Part shown: positions 26,034-35,172 of the stretch, in pieces
How positions within the stretch are numbered: the first letter of the stretch is position 1
Layout: each line of letters opens with the position of its first letter
NCBI GenBank assembly: GCA_036341255.1
Contig: JAYYWX010000107.1
Location: 15,320-79,319 of the forward strand
Reading direction: 5' to 3'
From: Actinomycetota bacterium
Lineage (GTDB): Bacteria > Actinomycetota > Actinomycetes > Propionibacteriales > Nocardioidaceae
DNA length: 64,000 bases
Notes under the pieces: model-generated
Database searches by the model: none
What the model was told of the DNA's origin: nothing
What the model saw: the letters and a program-made list of their open reading frames with translations, nothing else
Translations under genes and position numbers: made by a program

Positions 26034-26828
26034 GTGACGGCTCGGCGGGTCGTGTCGCTGGTCCCCTCGATCACCGAGGCGCTGGCGAGCGTGCACCCCG
26101 AGGCCCTGGTGGGGGTCACGGACTGGTGCACCCACCCCGCCGATCTCGAGCAGTACGGCGCCAGCCGGGTGCGCGGGACCAAGAACCCCGACCTCGGGGC
26201 GATCGAGGCGCTGCGCCCGGACCTGGTGGTGGTCAACCGCGAGGAGAACCGCGAGCTGGACGTCCGGCGGATGCGCGAGCGCGGGCTGGCCGTCGAGGTC
26301 ACCGACATCGAGACCGTCCCCGAGGGCGTCGCCGAGCTCGAGCGGCTGCTGGACCTGCTCGGCTGGGAGCGGCCCGCGTGGCTGGCCGAGGCGCGGGCGC
26401 TGTGGTGCGGCCCGCTGCCGCCGGTCACGCGCCGGGTCGTGGTGCCGATCTGGCGCGACCCGTGGATGGTGGTCGGGCCGCGCACCTTCACCGCCGACCT
26501 GTGCCGGAGGCTGGGCTGGCAGGTCGTGCAGGCCGAGGACCCCGACGCACCCGATCGCTACCCGACGCTCGACGTCGAGGAGGTCGACGGGTGCGGTGCC
26601 GACGCCGTGCTGCTCCCCGACGAGCCCTACGTCTTCACCGCCGACGACGGTCCCGAGTGCTTCAGCACCCCGGTGGAGCTGGTGAGCGGGCGGGCCCTGA
26701 CGTGGTACGGCCCGTCCCTGGTCCCCGCGGCCAGGTCCGTGGCGCGTGACGTGGCGGGTGGCGTGGCGGGTGGCGCGGCGGGTGACGTGGCGGGTGACAC
26801 GCCCGGCCCCACCCCTTCGGTGGGTTAG
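26034..26828 (+). CDS. Helical-backbone metal receptor (BtuF-like), no signal peptide
   Basis: RVVSLVPSITE, GVTDWCTHP, GTKNPD, NREEN, LPDEPYVF, LTWYGP. Confidence 0.85.
   Translation: MTARRVVSLVPSITEALASVHPEALVGVTDWCTHPADLEQYGASRVRGTKNPDLGAIEALRPDLVVVNREENRELDVRRMRERGLAVEVTDIETVPEGVAELERLLDLLGWERPAWLAEARALWCGPLPPVTRRVVVPIWRDPWMVVGPRTFTADLCRRLGWQVVQAEDPDAPDRYPTLDVEEVDGCGADAVLLPDEPYVFTADDGPECFSTPVELVSGRALTWYGPSLVPAARSVARDVAGGVAGGAAGDVAGDTPGPTPSVG
26739..26798. repeat. 12-bp tandem repeat (GTGGCGGGTGrC)x5 in the 3' end of the BtuF-like gene
   Basis: Read directly; encodes VARD-VAGG-VAGG-AAGD-VAGD. Confidence 0.85.
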
Positions 26829-26883
26829 ACCCGCCGACTGCTGGGGAACCCCTGGAGGGACCGCACGCGAGAGGACCTCCCCC

Positions 26884-27831
26884 ATGACCCAGACGGACAT
26901 CGCCGAGTCCGCGGCTGCCTCGGCACTGGACGTCGGCACCGACGTCGAGGCCGCCGTCGAGACCGTGGGTCGCTACCGGGTGGAGGACCTCATCGCCCTC
27001 GGCGGCACCGCCACGGTGCACCGCGCGCACGACCTGCGCCTGGGTCGCGACGTGGCCCTCAAGCGTCCCCGCACCGGCCAGGGCCAGGCCCAGCACCGGC
27101 TGCGTCTCCTCGACGAGGGTCGGCTGCTCGCCCACCTCTCGCACCCCGGGCTGGTCCGGGTCCTCGACGCGGCCTGGGAGGGGCCGGGCGCACCGTACCT
27201 CGCCCTCGAGCTCGTCGACGGCCCCGACCTCGATGCCACCCTCGCCCTGCGCCGCCTCTCCCCCCGCGAGGCGGCCGTGGTCGGCCGCGACCTCGCCTCG
27301 GCGCTGGCCTACCTCCACTCCGAGGGCCTGGTCCACCGCGACGTCAAGCCCGCCAACGTCCTGCTCGACAGCAGCGGCCACGCCCGCCTGTGCGACCTGG
27401 GCGTGACGCTGGAGGCAGGTGAGCCCGACCCGCACGGACGCCCCGGCCACACCGTCGGCTCGATCGCCTACCTCGCGCCCGAGCAGGTCCTCGGCGCGCC
27501 GCTCGGCACCCCTGTCGACGTCTACGCCCTCGGCCTGCTGCTGCTCGAGGCGCTCACGGGTCGTCGGGAGTTCGAGGGCGGCGCCGAGGAGTCGGCCTGG
27601 GCGCGGGTGCACCGGGGGCCCACCATCCCGACGTCCCTCGGGGCCGGCTGGACCTCCCTGCTGGCCTCGATGACCGCGCGCGAGCCGGCGGCACGCCCCT
27701 CGGCCCGTGAGGTCGCCGAGCACCTCGAGGCGTTGCTGGCCATGGACGCCGCGGTCACCCCGCTGGAGCGCCCCGCCGGGCGCCACCGCGCCACGCCCCG
27801 GGCTCAGGAGCTGGCGGCCACCGTCGCCTGA
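26884..27831 (+). CDS. Cytoplasmic Ser/Thr protein kinase
   Basis: GGTATV, VALKR, HRDVKPAN, DLG, YLAPEQ, DVYALG; GAGGA RBS; no TM segment. Confidence 0.92.
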   Translation: MTQTDIAESAAASALDVGTDVEAAVETVGRYRVEDLIALGGTATVHRAHDLRLGRDVALKRPRTGQGQAQHRLRLLDEGRLLAHLSHPGLVRVLDAAWEGPGAPYLALELVDGPDLDATLALRRLSPREAAVVGRDLASALAYLHSEGLVHRDVKPANVLLDSSGHARLCDLGVTLEAGEPDPHGRPGHTVGSIAYLAPEQVLGAPLGTPVDVYALGLLLLEALTGRREFEGGAEESAWARVHRGPTIPTSLGAGWTSLLASMTAREPAARPSAREVAEHLEALLAMDAAVTPLERPAGRHRATPRAQELAATVA

Positions 27832-28961
27832 GGCCCCGCCCCACGGGTCCCGGGCACCCGCGCACGGGTGGCGTGCGCAGGGCGACGCGGCAGCTCGAAG
27901 AGCATGTCGGCGCCCATGCGACGCAGCAGTGCGTGCAGCGCCAGCGCGGCGGTGACGGCCACCGCCGTCAGCAGCACCGGGTACGCCGCTGCCTCGATCG
28001 CCCCGAGCCGCCCCGTCCCGATCGGGCTCGGCAGGTGGAGCGCCAGGGCGAGCAGCGGCGCGTGCAGCACGTAGATCGGCAACGTCCGCCTACCCACCCA
28101 GGCCAGGCCGGCCGCAGCCCGGCCCTCGGCCAGCAGCACGCTGACCCCGAGGCCCAGCGGCACGCCGACCAGGCCCGCGAGCAGCATCACGGTGGTGCGC
28201 GGGACCCCCAGCAGCGGCAGGACCACCACCAGCGCCAGGTAGACCAGGGCCAGGCGACGGGGCACGCGCGAGGCCGGGCCGGCCCACCGGCGTACCAGCT
28301 CGGGGGCGAGCGCGCCCAGCGCGAAGAAGGTGAAGTGGAAGACCACCGAGACCCGGTTCCAGTCGTCGGTGGGCAGCAGCCCGGCGCAGGCCGACACGAC
28401 GGCACTGACCGCCAGCACGGGCAGGACCGGCAGGCCCGCCAGCAGCCGGGCGAGCGCGAAGTAGACCGCGAGGGCGTAGAGGAACCACAGGCCGGTGGAG
28501 GCGAGCACGAGGTCGGCGACGAGCTCGCCGAGGTCCTGGGTGCGGTTCATCGGGAGCAGCCGCTCCACCGAGAAGAACGCACCCTGCAGGACCAGCCACA
28601 CGACGTAGAGGTAGTAGGGCGAGAGGACCCGCCGCCGCGCCTGCGCCCAGGGCCGACGCACGGCCCCCGAGGCCACCAGGCCGCTGAGGACGAAGAAGAG
28701 CGGCATCCGCACCGGCTTGAGCGCCATCGTCACCCAGAGCCAGGCGTCCACGACCGGCTCGAGGGCAGGCTCGAGGGCGGACTCCAGGGCGGGCGCGGCC
28801 TGCAACGGGAGGTCCTTGACCACGGCGTGGTGCAGCACCACCAGCAGGATGCAGGCACCCTTGGCGACGTCGACCCAGAGCAGCCGCCCCTCGGGGCGCG
28901 GGGGGACGGTGCCGGGCGCGACCGGACGCCCGGCCCCGGCGGCGGGGGATGGGAGGGGCAC
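27804..28961 (-). CDS. Acyltransferase-3 family membrane O-acyltransferase
   Basis: WVDVAKGACILLVVLHH, RMPLFFVLSG, LWFLYAL, GRRTLPIYVLH. Confidence 0.9.
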   Translation of the reverse strand: MPLPSPAAGAGRPVAPGTVPPRPEGRLLWVDVAKGACILLVVLHHAVVKDLPLQAAPALESALEPALEPVVDAWLWVTMALKPVRMPLFFVLSGLVASGAVRRPWAQARRRVLSPYYLYVVWLVLQGAFFSVERLLPMNRTQDLGELVADLVLASTGLWFLYALAVYFALARLLAGLPVLPVLAVSAVVSACAGLLPTDDWNRVSVVFHFTFFALGALAPELVRRWAGPASRVPRRLALVYLALVVVLPLLGVPRTTVMLLAGLVGVPLGLGVSVLLAEGRAAAGLAWVGRRTLPIYVLHAPLLALALHLPSPIGTGRLGAIEAAAYPVLLTAVAVTAALALHALLRRMGADMLFELPRRPAHATRARVPGTRGAGPQATVAASS

Positions 28962-29019
28962 CAGGACAGCGTCGGTCCGCGGCCGTGGCGACGCCGCACC
29001 GACGACGACGTGTCGTTGC

Positions 29020-30561
29020 TCACCGCCGGACGAACAGCTCGGTCTCCTCGGTGCGACCGCGCAGGGTGGCCCGCTCGTGCGAGCGCCACTGCGCAGCCTC
29101 GTGCTCGTCGGCCTCCGCCAGGCTCTCGGCGCAGGTCAGGACCCGGCCCTCCACGTCCTTGGCCAGCTCGGTCAGGCGTGCCGCGGCGTTCACCGCGTCC
29201 CCGATGACGGTGTACTCGAAGCGGGCCCGGGTGCCGACGTTGCCGGCCACGGTCTCCCCGGTGAAGACCCCGACACCGCAGTCGAGGTCGGGGTGCTCCC
29301 GGCCGAGGCGCTCGACCATCGCGCGGGCGGCGCGCAGGCCCCGCGTGGCGTGGTCCGGCAGGTCCACGGGCGCCCCGAAGATGGCCAGCACCGCGTCACC
29401 CATGAACTTGTTGACCAGTCCGCCCTCCCGCGCGATCTCGTCGACCACGACGTCGAAGAAGCCGTTGAGCAGCTCGACGACCTCGGTCGGGGACCGGTCC
29501 GCGGCGATGGCGGTGGAGCCGACGAGGTCGACGAAGAGGACCGTCACACGCCGGGTCTCCCCGCCCAGCTCCACGTCGCCCGCAGCGGCCGCCCGGGCCA
29601 CCTCCTGGCCGACGTGACGACCGAAGAGGTCGCGCAGGTGCTCGCGCTCGGTGAGTCCCTCGGCCATGTGGTTGAAGCCGGCCTGGAGCAGTCCCAGCTC
29701 CGTGGCGTCGTAGACCGGGACCCGCTGGTCGAGGTCGCCGTCCTGGACCCTGGCCAGCGCCTTGCGCACCGAGACCAGGGGGGCGACCACCGAGCGTGCG
29801 TTGAGCACCGTGACGAGCAGCCCGAAGACCAGCACCACGGCGGAGATCGCCAGCGCCAGAACAGCCATCCGATCGGCACTCACGTCGCCTTGGGCCAGCG
29901 CCGAGATCGCGGCGTACCCGAGCCCCACGAGAGGCGCGGCGGTGCCCAGCAGCCAGAAGGTCAGCATCCGGCCGCCGACACCCAGGCCGCGCGGGCGCGA
30001 CTCGGGCGACCCGGTGAGGGCTCGGGCGGAGACCGGACGGAGGAAGAACTCCGCCATCAGGTAGGTCACCGCGCACACGACGATGCCGCCGATCGCGACG
30101 GTCGGCGCCGTGCCGAGGGCGCGCGCCGGAGCCAGCCACAGCGCGAGGGTGGTGAACAGCAGCACGCCGCCGCACCACAGCGTGGCCGAGACCACCGCGA
30201 GCTGCAGCGGCACCCGCATCGAGCGACGCCGGTCCGCAGGCGAGGGCTCCTCCCCCCGCAGCGCCCACCGCAGACTGCGGAACGCCACGCGCGTGCCCCA
30301 CAGCACCCCGACGCCGAGGGCGAGGCCGACGTAGACCGGGACCGCGATGGCGAGCGCGACCAGCAGGTCGCGTCCAGCCCCGGGCTGCGGCACGACGAAG
30401 AGGGTCAGGACCACGACCACGCCCGCGCCGATGGCGTGGGTGGCGGTGATCCCGAGGGTCAGGAACAGCTGCACGCGCACCCGCAGGCGGCGCAGCGACT
30501 GACCCTCCGGGCCGAGCAGCCAGGAGCCGAAGGGTGCGCGAGTGCCGGCCACGGCCCGCAT
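29020..30561 (-). CDS. Membrane class III adenylate/guanylate cyclase with HAMP domain
   Basis: About 6 TM segments; ELGLLQAGFNHM (HAMP); LFVDLVGST, KFMGDA, YTVIGDAVNAAARL. Confidence 0.92.
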   Translation of the reverse strand: MRAVAGTRAPFGSWLLGPEGQSLRRLRVRVQLFLTLGITATHAIGAGVVVVLTLFVVPQPGAGRDLLVALAIAVPVYVGLALGVGVLWGTRVAFRSLRWALRGEEPSPADRRRSMRVPLQLAVVSATLWCGGVLLFTTLALWLAPARALGTAPTVAIGGIVVCAVTYLMAEFFLRPVSARALTGSPESRPRGLGVGGRMLTFWLLGTAAPLVGLGYAAISALAQGDVSADRMAVLALAISAVVLVFGLLVTVLNARSVVAPLVSVRKALARVQDGDLDQRVPVYDATELGLLQAGFNHMAEGLTEREHLRDLFGRHVGQEVARAAAAGDVELGGETRRVTVLFVDLVGSTAIAADRSPTEVVELLNGFFDVVVDEIAREGGLVNKFMGDAVLAIFGAPVDLPDHATRGLRAARAMVERLGREHPDLDCGVGVFTGETVAGNVGTRARFEYTVIGDAVNAAARLTELAKDVEGRVLTCAESLAEADEHEAAQWRSHERATLRGRTEETELFVRR

Positions 30562-30722
30562 TCTGCCCGGTCCGGACCACCTCGGCCCGGCGTTCCCACC
30601 CGGGCCCCAAAAGGGTGAGAAGTGTGCAAGGTTTGTAGAGGGTTGCTTAAGGTGATGACACCCCTTGCCGATGAGGGACCCAGACAGCACCCCGCACCAC
30701 CGCACAGAGAGCGAACGAGGCC

Positions 30723-31568
30723 ATGACCACGAGCCCGCTCGACGACCGACGCGACGACGTCGGCCCCTCCTTCGACGGGTCCGGTGACGTGCGCTCGCTG
30801 ACCGACACCGAGCGGTCGGAGCGGACCGCCGCGCTGCTGGCGCGCGCCCACGCTGCGGGGGTCGGCGAGACCGAGCGCGAGACCTGCTTCGAGCGCGTGG
30901 TGGAGCTCAACATGCGCGTCGCCGAGGCCGTCGCCCGACGCTACGCACGTCGCAGCATCCCGGTGGAGGACCTCACCCAGGTCGCCTACCTCGCCCTCGT
31001 CCGCGCCGTCCGGTCCTTCGACCCCTCCCACGAGCGCGACCTGCTGGCCTACGCCGTCCCGTCGATGACCGGCGAGATCCGGCGCCACTTCCGCGACCAC
31101 TCCTGGACCATCCGTCCGCCCCGCGAGGTGCAGCGCGCCCACACCCGCCTGGTGCGCACCGGCGTCACCCTCGACCGCGTGGACGACACGTCGGTGTCCG
31201 CCCTGGCCGCCGAGGTCGAGGAGTCGGTCGAGGTCGTCCGCGAGGCCCTGCTCGCCCGCTCCTGCTTCTCCCTGGTCTCCCTCGACTCCCCCGTCGGTGG
31301 GGAGTCCGACGGCGAGGCCGGCCTGGTCCGCGACGTCGCCGACCCCGACGTGGCGGAGTCCATGGAGCGCACCGAGGCCCGCCTCCTCGTGCGGCCCCTG
31401 CTGGCCACGCTCACCCCGCGCGACCGCGACCTGCTGCGCCTGCGCTTCGGCCAGGAGCTCTCCCAGCGCGAGATCGGGCTGGAACTCGGGATGAGCCAGA
31501 TTCAGGTCTCGCGCTGCCTGCAGCGGCTGCTGCTCCAGCTGCGCGGCGCCCTCGCGGACGCCGCGTAG
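30723..31568 (+). CDS. SigB/SigF/SigG-family RNA polymerase sigma factor
   Basis: EDLTQVAYLALVRAVRSFDP, GEIRRHFRD, SLDSP, SQREIG..LGMSQIQVSR. Confidence 0.93.
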   Translation: MTTSPLDDRRDDVGPSFDGSGDVRSLTDTERSERTAALLARAHAAGVGETERETCFERVVELNMRVAEAVARRYARRSIPVEDLTQVAYLALVRAVRSFDPSHERDLLAYAVPSMTGEIRRHFRDHSWTIRPPREVQRAHTRLVRTGVTLDRVDDTSVSALAAEVEESVEVVREALLARSCFSLVSLDSPVGGESDGEAGLVRDVADPDVAESMERTEARLLVRPLLATLTPRDRDLLRLRFGQELSQREIGLELGMSQIQVSRCLQRLLLQLRGALADAA

Positions 31569-31640
31569 CCACTCGTCGGCGCCCGCGGGTCAGCAGCGTC
31601 GGCAGCTGGACCGCAGAGCGCACGCCGCCGAGCTCGGGAC

Positions 31641-31919
31641 TCAGCCGAGGTCGGTGTCGTCGCGTCCCATGTCGAGCTCGCGGGTGTCCCAGCCGGGTTC
31701 AGGACGAGGCGGCAGGTCGGCGCGCGCAGCCGCCTGGTGCATGCCCACGCGCTCCATCCAGCTCAGGCCCGGCGACCACGCCGAGCGCATCGAGATGCGC
31801 CCGTCGGCCTCCATCACCTTCATCAGGACGACCGCCCCCAGGACCAGCTCGCCCTCCTCGGGGCGGTGTTCCACGCCCAGGGAGTCGATCAGCCTGCCGA
31901 GAGGCTGCGGGTCCGACAT
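31641..31919 (-). CDS. Small hypothetical protein
   Basis: ATG with GAAGGG/GAGG upstream; 92 aa, GC3-rich codons, fills the gap between sigma and MerR genes. Confidence 0.65.
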   Translation of the reverse strand: MSDPQPLGRLIDSLGVEHRPEEGELVLGAVVLMKVMEADGRISMRSAWSPGLSWMERVGMHQAAARADLPPRPEPGWDTRELDMGRDDTDLG

Positions 31920-32083
31920 GGCCTCGCCCTTCGTGTGGGGTCAGATGTGCGATGCTCCGTCACCGAGCATGATGTGCGGTGGGACGGCTTCGGCCGAGTG
32001 TACGCCGCTCGTGCAATGTTCGTATAACGTCACAGGGGTGGTCGTCCCGCCCGACGACCGCTCGACTGGGGGTGTCACCGGGC

Positions 32084-33025
32084 ATGAGCAGCGGACCGGC
32101 GCAGCGTTGGCGCATCGGCGTGCTGGCCACCCGCGTGGGGGTCAGCGAGACGCTGCTGCGCGCCTGGGAGGTGCGCTACGGGCTGCTCAGCCCTCAGCGC
32201 ACCCAGGCCGGCTACCGCCTCTACGGCCCCGAGGACGAGCGGCGAGCGATCGCCATGCAGCGCGCCCGCGAGCGCGGGGTGCCCGCCGGCCAGGCGGCGG
32301 CCGAGATCCTGGCGAACGAGCGCACGTGGGCCGAGAGGCAGGAGGAGCCGACCGAGGGCACCGCCTCCTCCTCCGGCTCCCTCGACGTCGTGCGCGCGCT
32401 CGCCGAGCTCGAGGCCGCGATGCTGGCCTACGACGTCGGCTCCATGCACGAGGTCCTCGACCGCCTCCTGCGCACGGTCTCGGTCGAGACCGCCATCCGC
32501 GACGTCCTGCTGCCCTTCATGGCCCACGTGGGCCGCGGGTGGGAGGCGGGTGACTTCGACGTCGCCGACGAGCACTTCGCCAGCGACCTGGTCCGCGGCC
32601 GCCTCGCCGCCCTGGCGGTCGGGCCCAGCACCCGCACCGGACCCACCGTGCTGCTCGCCTGCCCGCCCGAGGAGTCCCACGACATCGCCCTGAAGGCCTT
32701 CGAGGTCGTGCTGCAGCGGGCCGGCTGGCGCACCAGGTTCCTGGGGCCCAACAGCCCGCTGGCATCCATCCGCGCCGCGGTCGACGTGATCGCGCCCGAC
32801 GTCGTCGTGCTGGCCGGCGCCACCCCGCAGGTCTTCGCCCTCGCCGACGACGAGCTCACCGTCGTACGCCGCTTGGCGGAGGCGTCCGTGCTCGGGCTGG
32901 CCGGCGCCGGGGCGAGCGCCGAGCTCGCCGAGCGCTGGGGCGCCCTGCACCTCGCCGGCGACCCGGTCACCGCCGCGACGAACCTCGTCGAGCGCGCCCG
33001 CGACCTGCTCGCCGCGCAGGGCTGA
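32084..33025 (+). CDS. MerR-family regulator with cobalamin-binding domain (CarH/LitR-like)
   Basis: LRAWEVRYGL..P.RTQAGYRLY; W-x9-EH (WEAGDFDVADEH); EESHDIAL; FLGPNSP. Confidence 0.88.
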   Translation: MSSGPAQRWRIGVLATRVGVSETLLRAWEVRYGLLSPQRTQAGYRLYGPEDERRAIAMQRARERGVPAGQAAAEILANERTWAERQEEPTEGTASSSGSLDVVRALAELEAAMLAYDVGSMHEVLDRLLRTVSVETAIRDVLLPFMAHVGRGWEAGDFDVADEHFASDLVRGRLAALAVGPSTRTGPTVLLACPPEESHDIALKAFEVVLQRAGWRTRFLGPNSPLASIRAAVDVIAPDVVVLAGATPQVFALADDELTVVRRLAEASVLGLAGAGASAELAERWGALHLAGDPVTAATNLVERARDLLAAQG

Positions 33026-33238
33026 GCGCCCCCCCGCTCGGGCGGGCCAGCCGGCCCTGACCCGGTCGGACCGACCCCTCCCCGTCCACCTGGACCATCG
33101 GGACAGGCAAAAAGTGGTGCGCTCGGGTCAACCCGAACGGGTGAGGGGTGATTGAACTCTGCAGCAGCGGGATACAGGAGTGGTGTGGCCCTCCCGGGGC
33201 CGCACCCTGGATTCCGACAAGCACACGAGGTGACGAGC

Positions 33239-33889
33239 ATGAACAACGAGAGGACCCCCCTCACGGCGACCGTGGTCGACGACAACGACCTCGCCGTCGC
33301 CGGCCTGGAGGCGCTGCTGGCGACCTACACCGAGCGCGTGCGTCTGGTCGACGTCCGCACCGCACTGGCCCACCCCGAGGACGTCGACGTCGTCCTCTAC
33401 GAGCCGATGCAGCAGTCCTCCTTCAGCGCCTCCATGCTGCGCAACCTGCAGTCCGCCGCCGAGGCGCAGGCGATCGTCTTCAGCTGGGCGCCCGCCGACC
33501 AGCTCCCCGACACCACGAGCCCCTACCTGTCGAAGTCGATGACGGCGGCGCAGCTCGTGGTGGCGCTCGAGGACATCGTGTCCGGCCGCGGCGTGCCCGC
33601 CCCGCCGGTGCACACCCCCGCGGAGAAGGTGGAGCCCGTCGCCCCCATCCGCACCCCCCAGGCCCCGGCCGGGAGCCGGCTCACCCCGCGCGAGCTGGAG
33701 ATCCTGACCCTCATCACCCAGGGCCTCACCAACGGGGAGATCGGCGAGGAGCTCGGGCTGTCGATCAACTCGATCAAGACCTACATCCGTCAGGCCTACC
33801 GCAAGATCGACGTGGAGCGGCGCACCCAGGCCGTCGCCTGGGGCATGGCCAACGGCCTGCTGCCCGACGCCGAGCCCGTGGCGGTCTGA
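33239..33889 (+). CDS. Atypical REC-LuxR response regulator
   Basis: VVDDNDL, DVVLYE, YLSKS; LuxR HTH LTPRELEIL..GLTNGEI..SINSIKTY..YRKI. Confidence 0.88.
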   Translation: MNNERTPLTATVVDDNDLAVAGLEALLATYTERVRLVDVRTALAHPEDVDVVLYEPMQQSSFSASMLRNLQSAAEAQAIVFSWAPADQLPDTTSPYLSKSMTAAQLVVALEDIVSGRGVPAPPVHTPAEKVEPVAPIRTPQAPAGSRLTPRELEILTLITQGLTNGEIGEELGLSINSIKTYIRQAYRKIDVERRTQAVAWGMANGLLPDAEPVAV

Positions 33890-33949
33890 CCCGCCGCACC
33901 CGACGTCCTCCCGGTCGCACTGGCATCGGTCGGGAGGACCCCACGGCCA

Positions 33950-33996
33950 GAGCCCCTGGCGCCACGCCCCCACGCGGGGTGCGGCGCCAGGGGCTC
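33950..33996 (+). terminator. GC-rich hairpin after the LuxR gene
   Basis: GAGCCCCTGGCGCC ... GGCGCCAGGGGCTC, 14-bp stem. Confidence 0.6.
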
Positions 33997-34046
33997 CGGT
34001 CGTTCCCGGGCCCGGTCTGCGCGCTGGTCACGACTTCGTGTGTCGC

Positions 34047-34065
34047 GAAGGGTTGGCTAACCTTC
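34047..34065. promoter_or_regulatory. IdeR/DtxR-like iron box
   Basis: GAAGGGTTGGCTAACCTTC, 13/19 match to TTAGGTTAGGCTAACCTAA, upstream of an Fe3+ ABC operon. Confidence 0.75.
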
Positions 34066-34130
34066 CTCTCGGCCCTCCGCTCGCGTCCGAGCGGACAGGA
34101 CCAACCCCCGCCGAGACCTGGAGTGACCCG

Positions 34131-35159
34131 ATGCGCCGTCCCCTCGCCCGCACCCTGCCCGCGCTGGCCACGACGCTGCTCGCTCCCCTCGCGCTGTCCG
34201 GCTGCGGCCTGCTCGGCGGCGAGGAGGCCGACCTGCAGGTGTACTCCGCGCGGCACTACTCCCTGGAGGAGGCGTTCGCGGAGTTCACCGACGAGACCGG
34301 GCTGACCGTGGAGTTCCTCTACGGCGACGACGCCGAGCTGCTCGAGCGGCTCAAGGCCGAGGGCTCCGACACCCCCGCCGACGTGTTCATGACCGTCGAC
34401 GCCGGCATGCTCTGGAACGCCGGCGAGCAGGGCGTGCTGGAGTCCATCGACTCCTCGGTGCTCGACGCCGCGGTGCCCGAGGACCTGCGCGACAGCGACG
34501 CCGGCTGGTACGGCCTGGCCATGCGTGCGCGCACCGTCGTCTACGACCCCGAGAAGGTCGACCCCGCCGAGCTGGACGCCGAGGACACCTACGCCGCGCT
34601 CGGCGACCCGCAGTGGAAGGGCCGCATCTGCATGCGCGACGAGACCGCGTCCTACACCCAGAGCCTGGTGGCCAGCCTCATCGACCTGCACGGCCGCGAC
34701 CGGGCCCAGGAGATCGTCGAGAGCTGGGTCGCCAACGACGTGCAGATCATGTCCAACGACGTGGAGCTGCTCGAGACCATCGACGCCGGCGGCTGCGAGG
34801 TCGGCATCAGCAACCACTACTACCTCGCCCGGCTGCTGGAGGAGGACCCCGACTTCGGCGTCGCGCTCTACTGGGCCAGCCAGGACGGCGCAGGGACGCA
34901 CGTGAACATCTCCGGCGCCGGCGTCGTCGCGGGCACCCCGTCCTCCGCGGAGGCCCAGCAGCTGCTGGAGTGGCTGGCCACCGACGGGCAGAGCGACTTC
35001 GTCGACGGCAACCACGAGCTGCCGGTCAACCCCGACGTCGAGCCCGAGCCCCTGGTCGCCTCCTTCGGCAGCTTCGAGCGGATGCCGGTCGACGCCTCGG
35101 CGTACGGCTCGCTCAACGCCGAGGCCGTCGAGGTCCTCGACGCCGCCGGCTACCGCTGA
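34131..35159 (+). CDS. Fe3+ ABC transporter substrate-binding lipoprotein (FutA/FbpA-like)
   Basis: Lipobox LSGC; VYSARHY, TVDAG, NHYY, GTHVNISGAG. Confidence 0.92.
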   Translation: MRRPLARTLPALATTLLAPLALSGCGLLGGEEADLQVYSARHYSLEEAFAEFTDETGLTVEFLYGDDAELLERLKAEGSDTPADVFMTVDAGMLWNAGEQGVLESIDSSVLDAAVPEDLRDSDAGWYGLAMRARTVVYDPEKVDPAELDAEDTYAALGDPQWKGRICMRDETASYTQSLVASLIDLHGRDRAQEIVESWVANDVQIMSNDVELLETIDAGGCEVGISNHYYLARLLEEDPDFGVALYWASQDGAGTHVNISGAGVVAGTPSSAEAQQLLEWLATDGQSDFVDGNHELPVNPDVEPEPLVASFGSFERMPVDASAYGSLNAEAVEVLDAAGYR

Positions 35160-35172
35160 TCCGGTCGATCCC

